From: Diplonema japonicum
Taxonomy: Eukaryota > Protista > Euglenozoa: Diplonemea
DNA length: 64,000 nucleotides
Assembly (NCBI GenBank): GCA_964019335.1
Contig: OZ025750.1
Location: forward strand, 124,001 to 188,000
Direction: 5' to 3'
In this document: positions 11,365-22,112 of the stretch, in pieces
Numbering within the stretch: the stretch's first letter is position 1
Layout of the letters: each line of letters begins with the position of its first letter
The notes under the pieces: model-generated
Seen by the model: only the letters and a program-made list of their open reading frames with translations
What the model was told of the DNA's origin: nothing
The model's database searches: none
Made by a program: the position numbers and the translations under genes

Positions 11365-12137
11365 CCGGATTTGTACTTATATTGTTATGTGAAAAGTCCC
11401 AAATCGGGTAAAAGATTCGAAAAAAGTACATAATATTTACAGAACACCATTAAAACAGAACATAAAATTTACAAAAGTAAAAGAAACCCCAGAAAATATC
11501 CCTAAGAATAAAAAGTCCCAAGACAAAAACAAAATACCCCCCATCCGGGAGGGGGGGGGTGGTATTACCGCAATTCTAGTTCACTATTGCCCAGTCCTGC
11601 ACGTAAAGCACACCATATAGTCGCAGGACGGGCAGACCCTCCCGCGGGTGCTCATGTCATGCTCACCAGAGCATTCCGTGCACTCCCACCCTGGTCTCTC
11701 CTTTCTAACCTGCTTAAGGTTGCGCTGCAGTTGGGGCAGGGCACCCTCGTCACGCGGGCGGAGGGCCAGGCGAGGGCGTAGGAACGTCCTCAGTGGGCGG
11801 GGGCACGGATGCAGACCAGGGTGGGAGATTGTTAAAAAGGTAAGCGAACCCTGCCCGGATTGTGGTTTCTGTTAGCTTGCGGTAAGCCTCGACACCCCAG
11901 GCAAGAATAAAAGGACGCATAATCTTTGTCCTTTTGTCAACCTCTAGCATTGCTGATTTTGCTCTGTGAAACGTGACTTTGATTTTAGTGGGCCTGTCCT
12001 GGGGGGAGGATCAGGCCAAAAATAATGAAAATAATCTTTTGTATTGTTCTCCAAAATCCGAAAAAGGTACATAATTTATGCAGCACACTAAATCCCCAGA
12101 CCATTATTAAAACTGAACAATATAAATACAAATCCGG
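11365..12137 (-). mobile_element. Tc1/mariner/pogo-type deletion derivative
   Basis: 22-bp TIR CCGGATTTGTA(C/T)TTATATTGTT (21/22 match) with TA at 11363-64 and 12138-39; minus ORF 11750-11950 (W..EAYRKLTETTIRAGF) resembles a pogo-like transposase tail. Confidence 0.75.
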
Positions 12138-12309
12138 TATTCAACCAACCTATATTTCTCTCTTCATAATTTCCCTCTGTTTTTTTTAACTGAGAAGAAT
12201 TGTTCAAAAAAAGAAAGAAAGAAAGAAAGAAAAAGGTTATTTGTTCGAAATAACCAAACTAAAGCCTCCGTTTTTTTTCTTTTTCTTTCAAGGGGCAATA
12301 TAAAGAAGT

Positions 12310-12395
12310 ACATCAGGGTGACGAACAGGCAGCAAACTGCACGAGCGCATTCTTCTTGTGCAGGGCGCGGCCAACACCGGCCTCCTTTAACTCTT
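12310..12395 (+). repeat. Dispersed repeat, probable retroelement 3' end; also ~34920-34960, ~38640-38805, ~61210-61388
   Basis: Shared core GTGCAGGGCGC.GCCAACACCGGCCTCCTTTA with variable 5' extent and a common 3' end, usually followed by T-rich sequence. Confidence 0.6.
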
Positions 12396-13106
12396 AATTT
12401 TTAACAACGGTAAGCACCTCACATACCGGAGTTTTGCCATTTCTGTTTTTTTTTTAAGATATTCTTTTTTTTAGCCTGTAGCCCGGACCAAACCGAAGGA
12501 GTGCGAGGAATGGAGAGCACAGAGCACAGAGGTGTGAGATAAGACGAGGAAGGCCCTTGTATGGAATGGAACCCAGAACAAAGGGGAGGGAAGGGCCATA
12601 GCATGAATCGGCTAAACCAGAAAGGAAAGGAAAAAGATGCTTGTTAAAAAGGGGGGGGGGGGGGGGGTGCTAATGATTTGTAATTTACAGGATGGAGGCG
12701 TTGGAAAAAGAATTGTTATTGCTAAAAAAAAAAAAAAGAAGAGTAGAGGCAGCTTTGTTCGCGATCCCTTCTCTGTGGGCGAAAACGGTTTGACACAAAT
12801 AACAATAAGCCGATTCTCTTTTTATCAACAGAACTACAGAAGAAGGGATCAAACACAAAATGGGTTGACTATCGTCACGACCTGACACATACCGCAGGTC
12901 CCCCTTCAAAGACACCTTTTTTTTTTTTTTTAAAAAAAATCTTTTTCTTCTTCCTAACTGCTTCTTCTTTTTCCTCATTTCTTCGTTTTTTTTTTTTGTT
13001 TTAACAATATTATTGTCGAGACTAAAAACTAGTTGATGGCAGCGTAATGAGCTATTTTATTAGGTAAAATTCCGCTCGTGCGCACAAACAAATGGAGCGC
13101 CAAACT

Positions 13107-13143
<37 letters not shown>

Positions 13144-13597
13144 TATTGCACCATCAAATCGAGACAACTCTTTTTTTTAAATGTCTCTTTTTTTCTTTAT
13201 ATATCTCTCTCTTTATTATAATGATAAAGAGCACTTTTTTTTATAGGTGTTTTAACTAATGTCGCCGACTCTCTTCTCTCTCTCTCTCTCTCTCTCAAAA
13301 AGAAAAAAAAAGAAAGAAACCCCTGCTATACCACTCATCCCACGGCTTTAACGATAGTGATAGTGATCAGTTTCATCAACTTGCAGAAACGACGTGCGCC
13401 AGTGTAGGTTGGTGAAGAATAACGACGAGTAGCACAAAGTTGGAACTCGTCAAATTAAGGATTATAAACCCAACAGGGATTGAAAGTTATACATTTCAAA
13501 AGCTTTCTTTTTCTTTTTAAAACTACACCCACCCCCCCCCCCCCCCCCCCTTTGCACGCTGACGCCGACACGGCGATCCTTTCTTTTTTTTTTTTAA

Positions 13598-15380
13598 CCC
13601 ATAACACTCCAAGGCGCAAATATTTGTCGTTTTGAAAAATCGTTTTTTTCTCTAAGTACTTTTTCGTCCCCACGACCCCTAGATCTCCAAGAACGACTAT
13701 AGTGAGGAGTTATTTTCAACTGCAATTCATGTTGCACTGCATCACTTTACCTTGTTATCCACCCACCAAATGGGTCCCAAATCCGAGTGGATAGGCGAAA
13801 AAACGCAAAATAACGGGTGTGCAGACTGTGTCCAAAAAACGCAAAGGTAAAGCCAAAACAGCTACGGACGAGGTCCAACCTTCATGGGTAAGGGAGTTGG
13901 TACCCATAGAGACCATAAAATAGGCCGGTGGGGGGGAAAAAAGCTGTCCCGTGGTACGCAGAAACCTGACGACGCAAAATGATTATTCCTTCGGTTTTTT
14001 TGATAAGAAGTTCACAGACGTCATCCAAGAAGAGACAAACAAGCATAAGGACGCTGAGATTGATAAGATTTCGACCCAGGACTCCACCGCTTTCTCGGAT
14101 TGAGCATTATAATGGGTTTGCGGCGTGCCCAGAATTAGCAAACGTATTGGTCCACAGGACCCATGAAAATCCCCCTTTTCAGTAACACGAAGCCCAGGAG
14201 ACGCTACCAGGAAATTAAAAGTGGCCTCCACTTCACTCACACAGAAGAGTCAAACGGTGATGTGTTGTGGAAGACACGAGGGTTTCTGGACAGAATTGGT
14301 AACAAGTGGGCAAAAACAGCAGTGCCAGGAAAATATTTAAGCATTGACGAGACACTCGTACCGTCACGGGGCAATTGGGGGGGCTTGGGGTCTACTGTCC
14401 TCTCAAGCGTAAGAGATATGGCATAAAAATATACTGCCTAAACTGCGTGAGCACGGGTTATCTTTTGCGTTTTCACATCCACGCCACCAAAATCGAGGGG
14501 CACGCACTTGAAGATTTCAGTGTTGTGGAAAAGGTGGTGCTGGGGTTAACGGGGAATTTTCGGGGAACGACAACACGGTAGTTTGCAATAACTACTTTTC
14601 GACTGTGGGTCTGGCCGAAGCCCTGTGAAAAAACTGTGAGGGGGCTTGCATTTCGTTGGAGTGTTGCGGACTCTTCTGCTGGGCCCTAGAAGTGACAATA
14701 GTTAACTGCCTTGCACTTTAAATAAAATATGGTTAGGGTTCAGCCAAAGAGATACAAAACCCTGGCTGCTTTTAAAGAGCGCTTTCGAGAGAGCCTAAAT
14801 GATGGGTCCAGCGTTGCAAAAACACCACTCCCGGCACCCAACTAGTGGAGCACACACACCCGACACCCCAGATTACACCAAACGTGACCACCAACCACTC
14901 AAAGGGGGCAACTCCAGGTTCTGCAGGTTGAAAGGATGACACAAAACGCACAATCTACAAATGCTACACCTGTAACCAACACCTCTGTCGAAATAAGTGC
15001 TTTTTTCGTACCACTCTTCCATCACCCCAAAAAGGCTTCTTGACGATTTCGAGGCCGATATTCCACCCGCAAATAGGCACTTCTCTCGGTCTGAGACATC
15101 TGAGGGGTCCTGATGCTGCTTTTTTTGTCCCAAGATGCTCAATTTACACCCCCCCGTGCACAACCCATTTTGACATGGTCGTTTTTGAGCACCCTACGGC
15201 CGTTCAACTCTTCATCCCCTTTGTATTTTTATTAATTTTTGAGCTTTTTTTTAAATTTTCCTGGTCCAAAAAACCCGTTTTACCTGCAAACGGGGGTTAA
15301 ATGCTGCCATTTTCCCCGTCAAATTATGAAAAGGAGCAAAAAAGGGACCCCTATGTAGATAGGCCCCGGAGTGTTATGGG
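13598..15380 (+). mobile_element. piggyBac-like transposon with degenerate transposase
   Basis: 13-bp perfect TIR CCCATAACACTCC; TTAA at 13594-97 and 15381-84; frameshifted PGKYLSIDETLVP..YCPLKRKRYGIKIYCLNCVSTGY motifs of the piggyBac DDD domain. Confidence 0.9.
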
Positions 15381-15570
15381 TTAATATTATTTTTAATAAT
15401 TTAGATAGAAAGGGGGGACGTTCCAAAGAAAGAAAAAGAGAAATACAGGAACCACGCCTTTATCTCGTCTCTTATTTTCAGTTTTTTTTTTTTTTGTATT
15501 TTTCTTTCCGTTTCTTTGTTCTTTTTTGCTACTTAGGAGAGTGAAAACTCCCCCCCCCCCCCCCCCCCCA

Positions 15571-15722
15571 GGGCCATGTTTGGCAAGAAACGGGGTATCT
15601 GAACACGTTTTCCTTTTCAGAGGAAACGTGTTCCCTTCTTAAGGAAACAGCCCCCAAAGTAAGGAAACGTTTCTGTTAAAAAGAATGCTTTGAAACGCGT
15701 TTCTTCTTGCCAGCATAGCCCC
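15571..15722. mobile_element. MITE, GGGC(T/C)ATG..TGGCAAGAAAC family
   Basis: GGGCCATGTTTGGCAAGAAAC ... TTCTTGCCAGCATAGCCC inside a poly(C) tract. Confidence 0.6.
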
Positions 15723-15889
15723 CCCCCCCCCCCCCCCGTCTTATTCCGATCCTGGTATTTCTTTCTTTTTCTTTTTTCTTTTTTGCAATCCATCAACCGT
15801 GACAAATATTAGGAAAGGAGAAGGGAGGGGGGGGGGGGAAGAAGGGGAAGCCCCTCTCCCCTCTCCCCCCCTTTCCCAAAGAAAATAAA

Positions 15890-18376
15890 ATGCCGAGCAT
15901 CAAGGTTCTGAACATCGGGTTGGTGCTCATGTGCATTGTGCTGACAGCGTTCATCTGCACGTTCCTCGCGATTCGCAGCAGCGATGCGGCCCTCGACGAC
16001 ACGAAGGAGTCGCGCGACACCTCCGTCGACTCCTGCTTCGAGACGGGGGAGGAATCCGTTCAGACCCGAACCTTTGAGTACTTTGACCTCCTCATGAAGA
16101 CAGTCGTCCAGTTTGCATCACAGTATTCACACCCACAGCTGCTCCTCGCTCGAGGGTTGGCAGAAGAGATACAGGCCCACTCATGGGACGCTGTGAAACA
16201 ATGGCAATGGCACCACAAAGCCAGGTACTACAATGGATTTCTCAAGCTGCAGGCCAGATTGAACTCGATCGGGGTGACACTAGCCAACGAACTGACGATT
16301 GCATACTGGGAGGACCCTTTAACGAAGACAAAAGGGTACAATGAGTACCACCATCATATCTGTTACATGAACTACGGATCTGACCACCCATGGGGCGGGT
16401 TGGGGAGAACCTTTACTGCAGATACCGTTAGTCCAACAGGTCTGCCCGTACTTTTAAGCAATTACTCCACGGATGTGAACGAAGGTACGTGCCGGGTGTC
16501 CAGCGTTGCAACCCACGGGATCCTCCCTGACGATCCATGCCGTGTGAGTGGCTCCATTTTTGACAGCTTCCCTTTTTTAATACACATATCGAACGTGTCG
16601 AAAAGTAACGCTAGTTGGCTTCCCCCATATCAGTCCCACTTCGGACTGTCTTCTGTCCTTCTTGCTCCAGTGTATCACAACGGAACTCGTACTGGGCTTG
16701 TTTTCGCTGAGTCTTACCTATACGGTGTAAGCGTGTTCTTGCAAGGTTTGAAGATAGGGGTGACCTCAGCGAATGTTACGTCATCGAGAAGAAGGATCTT
16801 CGTAACCGTCAGAAGACATTGGTTAGACCCTGGTGCTGCTGGTGTGCTTGTCGGAGCATCGCATGGCGATACTGGTTCTACTGTTCGGATTAAGCCTGTT
16901 GAGAGCACGGACCCCATTATACGCAGCACGTCCGCCATCGTCGAGCAGCGAGCGGACATCGACATCGAAGAGATGGCAACCCGTGGGAAGACGAAGCTCT
17001 TAAACATCTCAACTAACCTATCCCCACAAGGGGAGTACTTTTTCTACAGAGTGGGGCGGTTTGCTGATCCCCACGGTGTGGACTGGTACATACACATCGT
17101 TCTCGATTGGGCGTACATTTTGGGCAGCATCGACAAGAAGACAGCGGAGACGAAGGACACGATCAGTGCAGCAGAGAAGAAGGTCGACGACGACCTGAAC
17201 AGTGCGCGTGCTGTCCTCTACTCCTCCGTTGCTGCGATTGCTGTCGGGCTCACTGTGGTATCTGTTGTCTTCGTGTTGAGGGTCATCAGGCCGCTTGAAG
17301 CCCTTCAACAGGAAATGTCGTTTGTGGCAGTGATGAGACTTGAGGAGGTGGACACGAAGAAGCCTCTAAGCAGCCTTCAAGAGGTTCGCTTGATGCAAAT
17401 CAGTTTCTTACAGATGATGAGGAACCTTGCGGGGTACAGGGACTACATGCCCGCTTCTGTCTTTCAAGAGACAGCAGGTGAGGTAGACGATGTAGAAGAT
17501 GTGGACGAAGTTGAACTTAGCTACAGCAAGGAATCATCCCGGGTGACGTCCACAGTTGACACTAATCAGAGATGTGCGAGACAACTTGAGTCCGCAGAAG
17601 CCAAGAAGAAAAAGGTGACACTTGCGTCATGCAACATCCTCTCTTTTCTGAACAGTGCTGACAGCGAGATGCAGGTGCTGAGAATTATCACCGACTACTT
17701 GACGATGACACTGGCTCAGGTTAGGAGGACGAAGGGCATCCCTGACAGCTTCAGCGGGGACAGGCTGTACGTTTCGTGGAACGGGGCCCGCATCTGTCCC
17801 TCACACAGGACAGCGGCCTACAACTGTGCGAGGGGGATCACGGCTGACACCTCTCTTGGGAAGCGGTTCTCCATCGGGATCGTGTCTGGAGAGGTGAGGT
17901 GCGGGAACATGGGTTGCGATGGGATGAAGAAGTACACGTTCGTCGGGTCGCTTTCATCGTGGGTCCACATCGTGGAGCGGGTGGGGAGGGCATGTGGTGC
18001 GGACATCGCTATCGACAGCATCGTCCGTGAGGAGGTGGCGACCGTCGCCTTCACAAGGTCCCTGCAGCACGTGCAGTACGAGAAGCACTCTTCCAAGACC
18101 CTGGTTGTCCACGAAGCGATGCATGAGAAGGAGGTGAAGGAAGAGGAGTGGATGTACCAGCTTGCAGAGGGCGACAGCAAAGATATCAATCTGATGTACA
18201 ACACAAGTTACGAGCTGTTCATGAAGGGGAACGTGGAGGGGGCTGCGAAGGCACTGGAGGAGTTTCCTGACGATGGCTCTGAGGTGATGAAGAGGTTCCG
18301 AAAAAAGCTGACTTTGGCAACTTTAGACACAAATCTGTGTAACCCTTTAGGTGTGGACGGTTTGATCTTCGCGTAG
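15890..18376 (+). CDS. Receptor-type class III nucleotide cyclase-like protein (TM-coiled coil-Cache-like ectodomain-TM-HAMP-like-degenerate cyclase), paralog 1, intronless
   Basis: 828 aa; two TM segments; RPLEALQQEM..EV..M..SF HAMP-like linker; VTLASCNILSF, DSFSGD, GIVSGEVRCGNMG and YTFVG motifs of the adenylate/guanylate cyclase fold. Confidence 0.85.
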   Translation: MPSIKVLNIGLVLMCIVLTAFICTFLAIRSSDAALDDTKESRDTSVDSCFETGEESVQTRTFEYFDLLMKTVVQFASQYSHPQLLLARGLAEEIQAHSWDAVKQWQWHHKARYYNGFLKLQARLNSIGVTLANELTIAYWEDPLTKTKGYNEYHHHICYMNYGSDHPWGGLGRTFTADTVSPTGLPVLLSNYSTDVNEGTCRVSSVATHGILPDDPCRVSGSIFDSFPFLIHISNVSKSNASWLPPYQSHFGLSSVLLAPVYHNGTRTGLVFAESYLYGVSVFLQGLKIGVTSANVTSSRRRIFVTVRRHWLDPGAAGVLVGASHGDTGSTVRIKPVESTDPIIRSTSAIVEQRADIDIEEMATRGKTKLLNISTNLSPQGEYFFYRVGRFADPHGVDWYIHIVLDWAYILGSIDKKTAETKDTISAAEKKVDDDLNSARAVLYSSVAAIAVGLTVVSVVFVLRVIRPLEALQQEMSFVAVMRLEEVDTKKPLSSLQEVRLMQISFLQMMRNLAGYRDYMPASVFQETAGEVDDVEDVDEVELSYSKESSRVTSTVDTNQRCARQLESAEAKKKKVTLASCNILSFLNSADSEMQVLRIITDYLTMTLAQVRRTKGIPDSFSGDRLYVSWNGARICPSHRTAAYNCARGITADTSLGKRFSIGIVSGEVRCGNMGCDGMKKYTFVGSLSSWVHIVERVGRACGADIAIDSIVREEVATVAFTRSLQHVQYEKHSSKTLVVHEAMHEKEVKEEEWMYQLAEGDSKDINLMYNTSYELFMKGNVEGAAKALEEFPDDGSEVMKRFRKKLTLATLDTNLCNPLGVDGLIFA

Positions 18377-18545
18377 CACTTGCTTTTGAGTCCCCCCCCC
18401 CCCCCCCACTGGTTTGGGCTTTTTCTAAAGCCAGCACATGCCAACAATGTTATTCTCCGTTTTATTTATTTATTTATTCAGCACTCCAACAACATGACAG
18501 GTTCGCCATAAGGGAAGTGGTAGGGGGGGTCACCCACCCCCCGTT

Positions 18546-21500
18546 ATGAGGCTAAGCGTAGCTGTGGTAGTAATGGTGGCATCGCTGCCAGGCAGCATGG
18601 CGCAGACTGTTGTAGGGAGGTACGACTCCTCCGACGCTGTCCAGTACGTCCTGCACCCTGATGGCGACATCGTGTACATAGCAGACGGTGCGTTTGGGGT
18701 GCGGGTGGTGGATGTGACCAACGTCCCGAACGCAGCCAACCCAAGCTCAGCAACAACTTTACTCAGTACCATATCAGGCTTTTACGCAAAGGCCGTCGTG
18801 ATGGACAACGATTACCTGTATATTATAGGTACTGCGGGCATACTTTACAAGTATGATACGCTCAACGCAAAGTCATCACCCATTAAGACGGGCGAGTCCG
18901 CACCTGACTCGAAGGGCTCAGCCACCGCTGTTGTAATGATGCCCGGGGGGTCTGTCGTCTACACATGCCACCTTTTGGGTATATCTCAGTACGACATTAC
19001 GGGAGCAGCGCCCGTAGCTATTTCTGGCGGTCCCACTGTCACGGAGTGCCACGACATGGTTGTAGACCCTTTGAAGGAACGGCTGTATGCTTTGATAGAA
19101 GTGTCCAGCCAGCAGTACGTTGACATGTATGACATCAATGTACTTTATGGATTGTTGCCCACAGCAACTGCGTACAACACGCTTTCCAACAATGGAGTCT
19201 CTCTATCTGTGTCGTCGGATGGTGTGGCATGCTTCATGACCGAGTCCGCGCAGTCTCTCATCATGGGGCGCTGCGATGTGATCAATGGTGTTCAAATAGT
19301 GGAGCCAACGTCGTACCCGGGCCTCGTGGGCGTTGCTCGTCACGATCTCTCCAACCGTGTCTTTGCTACTACCACTGACGGGAGGCTTGTTTGGTATGAC
19401 ATGAGGCCGCCGAGCAATTCCATCACGTACATGAGTGAGATGAGCATCGGCGGCACTGGGGAGAGAGGGCTGGGTATTCACGGGGACTACCTCTACATGT
19501 GCATGGGGGGCTACGGGCTTGTTATCGTTTCGATTATACCCACCACCCCTGCTCCGGACACTTCTGCGCCTGACACCCCTGCACCTGACACACCTGCTCC
19601 TGACACGTCTGCTCCAGACACCTCTGCCCCTGACACCCCTGCTCCTGATACTTCTGCACCTGACACTCCTGCTCCTGACACACCGGCTCCTGACACGTCT
19701 GCTCCAGACACCTCTGCACCTGACACACCGGCTCCTGACACGTCTGCTCCAGACACCTCTGCACCTGACACACCGGCTCCTGACACCACTGCACCAGACA
19801 CACCGGCTCCTGACACCCCTGCTCCTGACACCCCTGCACCTGACACACCGGCTCCTGATACTTCTGCACCTAACACCCCTGCTCCTGACACCCCTGCACC
19901 TGACACCTCTGCCCCTGACACCCCTGCACCTGACACCTCTGCCCCCGACACCCCTGCACCTGACACCTCTGCCCCTGACACCCCTGCTCCAAACACTTCG
20001 GCGCCTGCTACACAACCTCCTGACACCCCTGCTCCCGACACCGGCGTACCTCTCACATCCGCCCCTGACACAACCCCCCCTGTCACGGCTGCCCCTGCCA
20101 CCTCTGCACCAGACACACCTGCCCCTCTGACTCAAGCACCTGCCACGACAGCGCCTGACACAGTGGCACCAAACACGCAGCCGCCAAGAACAGATGCACC
20201 TGACACTGTAGCTCCTCTATCACCCTTCCCTGACACGCTCCCTCCTAGTACTGTAGCTCCATCGACACCTGCCCCAAAAACCGATTCGCCAGCGACGCCA
20301 TTCCCTGGCACCCTTCCACCCGACACCTCAGCGCCGCTCACGTCTGCCCCAAAGACAGATGCACCTGACACTGTAGCTCCTCTATCACCCTTCCCTGACA
20401 CACTCTCACCTAGTACTGTAGCTCCATCGACTGCTGCACCAAACACCGATTCGCCAGCGACCCCATTTCCTGACACCCTTCCACCCGACACCTCAGCGCC
20501 GTTCACGTCTGCCCCAAAGACAGATGCATCTGACACTGTAGCTCCTGTGACACCATTTCCTGACACACTCCCTCCTAGTACTGCAATTCCTATCACATCT
20601 GCACCAAGAACAAATGCTCCCACAACGCAGGCACCTGAAACCCCTCCCCCTCACACATTTCCGCCTTCCACAGATGCACCTGCGACACAAGCACCGGCCA
20701 CACAGAGCCCTCGTACTTCTGCACCCGACACCTTTTCTCCACAAACACTTGCACCACGAACGACGGCCCCCCACACGCCTCCGCCTGACACGCCTGCACC
20801 GCGTACTTCCTCTCCGGACACATTCGCACCGAAGACAGCAACACCGACAGCGGCTCCTGGGACAGAAGCCCCAGCAGTGGTGAAGGAGGAGCAGATCAAC
20901 ACAGCAGGGTCGGTGGCAGCAGTCACATCTGTTGCAGCGGCCGGTGCAGCGGCAGGGGCAGCAACACGTCTCGTTGTCGTGAGCCAAGGGTGTCTCTTGA
21001 ACGGGAAGCAGAAGCTCCCTCGTGCACTGCACCCGACACAGATGGAGATCGCAGGGTCTGAGGCAGTGGGGCTGGTGATCGGGAACTTTGCCATCATCGC
21101 CGGGTTCACTGCCCTGTGCTTTGTGGTGCTGCAGGCGGTCTCCCGATGGGGCCCTGCGGTGATGCCGAGGTTATTAGAGGGCCTCGACACCCAAGGCTTG
21201 CTGCGGTTCCCTTCTGTTCCTCTGTTCGTGTTCCAGCTTCTGTATCAAGGGACCACACTCGGGTCACTGAACCTTGTCGTGCACCCACCTCATGCAGGGG
21301 GCTTCCTTGTGGGAGTGCTGTCGATGTGTGTGTGTGTCATTGTCCCGCTGCTTGTGTTCCGTGTGATGACACGCGACGTCCCTTGGGCAGGGGTGTACAT
21401 GCCGGAGCCAGACTGTGGGCAGGTTCGGGAACTTTTCATTGGCCCCGGTGAGTGGGTCTCCACATCCTCCATGAACCACTGGATAAACAGGTACGGGTCG

Positions 21501-22112
21501 GTGGTGCGGACCTACAAGCAGGAGGTGGTATGGTTCTCGTTCATCGAGTTCTCGGCGAGTCTTGCGATATCGGGGATACAGGCGGCGGAGACAGACACGT
21601 ACACAGGGTGCGGGCACAAGAAGGTCTTCACGGCTATCATCTTCTTTGTGCTTCTGGCTGTGGAGGCGGTGGTGTGGCCCCATGCAAGGCCAAGGGATAA
21701 TGTTCTTGACTTCACGATGCTCGGGGTGCAAGGGGCAGCGATGCTCCTGATGTCAGTGGGGTACTATGAGGAGACGACTGTTCATTGGACTTTCGATGTG
21801 GCTTCGGACCTTCTGATGGCGTCTGTGGTGGTGCTTCTTGCAAAGGTTGTGATGGATCTGTGCAGCGAAGGGTACATCTTCTTCTCGGGGAGGCGGCGGA
21901 CCCTGCAAGATGCTATGTTTATTGAGAAGAAGGAACCACAGAGCGCTAAATACGTGAAACTCCCAGCATTTCATTTGCCCCCCACGAAGGGGAACGCCAG
22001 GGGTGTGAGCATAGATACCTTCCTTACCCACACAGATCTGGAGCTGTCAACTAGTGAAAATAGCTCTTACTTCAGATATGATGCTAGGGGCAGCATGAAG
22101 GTGACTGTCTAA
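18546..22112 (+). CDS. Beta-propeller / long DT(P/S)AP stalk / ~7-TM surface protein, paralog 3
   Basis: 1188 aa; signal peptide; same propeller and TM domains as 1667 and 4486; ~440-aa Pro/Thr/Asp stalk. Confidence 0.85.
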   Translation: MRLSVAVVVMVASLPGSMAQTVVGRYDSSDAVQYVLHPDGDIVYIADGAFGVRVVDVTNVPNAANPSSATTLLSTISGFYAKAVVMDNDYLYIIGTAGILYKYDTLNAKSSPIKTGESAPDSKGSATAVVMMPGGSVVYTCHLLGISQYDITGAAPVAISGGPTVTECHDMVVDPLKERLYALIEVSSQQYVDMYDINVLYGLLPTATAYNTLSNNGVSLSVSSDGVACFMTESAQSLIMGRCDVINGVQIVEPTSYPGLVGVARHDLSNRVFATTTDGRLVWYDMRPPSNSITYMSEMSIGGTGERGLGIHGDYLYMCMGGYGLVIVSIIPTTPAPDTSAPDTPAPDTPAPDTSAPDTSAPDTPAPDTSAPDTPAPDTPAPDTSAPDTSAPDTPAPDTSAPDTSAPDTPAPDTTAPDTPAPDTPAPDTPAPDTPAPDTSAPNTPAPDTPAPDTSAPDTPAPDTSAPDTPAPDTSAPDTPAPNTSAPATQPPDTPAPDTGVPLTSAPDTTPPVTAAPATSAPDTPAPLTQAPATTAPDTVAPNTQPPRTDAPDTVAPLSPFPDTLPPSTVAPSTPAPKTDSPATPFPGTLPPDTSAPLTSAPKTDAPDTVAPLSPFPDTLSPSTVAPSTAAPNTDSPATPFPDTLPPDTSAPFTSAPKTDASDTVAPVTPFPDTLPPSTAIPITSAPRTNAPTTQAPETPPPHTFPPSTDAPATQAPATQSPRTSAPDTFSPQTLAPRTTAPHTPPPDTPAPRTSSPDTFAPKTATPTAAPGTEAPAVVKEEQINTAGSVAAVTSVAAAGAAAGAATRLVVVSQGCLLNGKQKLPRALHPTQMEIAGSEAVGLVIGNFAIIAGFTALCFVVLQAVSRWGPAVMPRLLEGLDTQGLLRFPSVPLFVFQLLYQGTTLGSLNLVVHPPHAGGFLVGVLSMCVCVIVPLLVFRVMTRDVPWAGVYMPEPDCGQVRELFIGPGEWVSTSSMNHWINRYGSVVRTYKQEVVWFSFIEFSASLAISGIQAAETDTYTGCGHKKVFTAIIFFVLLAVEAVVWPHARPRDNVLDFTMLGVQGAAMLLMSVGYYEETTVHWTFDVASDLLMASVVVLLAKVVMDLCSEGYIFFSGRRRTLQDAMFIEKKEPQSAKYVKLPAFHLPPTKGNARGVSIDTFLTHTDLELSTSENSSYFRYDARGSMKVTV
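19542..20870 (+). repeat. Coding pentapeptide repeat region DT(P/S)AP with higher-order duplication
   Basis: About 30 15-bp units, followed by a ~165-bp block (TDAPDTVAPLSPFPDTL...) repeated 2-3 times. Confidence 0.9.

Noticed and set aside
19203-21190. Antisense and alternative-frame repeat ORFs (GAGVS, RCVRS, LLTHL)
   Set aside because: Frame shadows of the DTPAP repeat.
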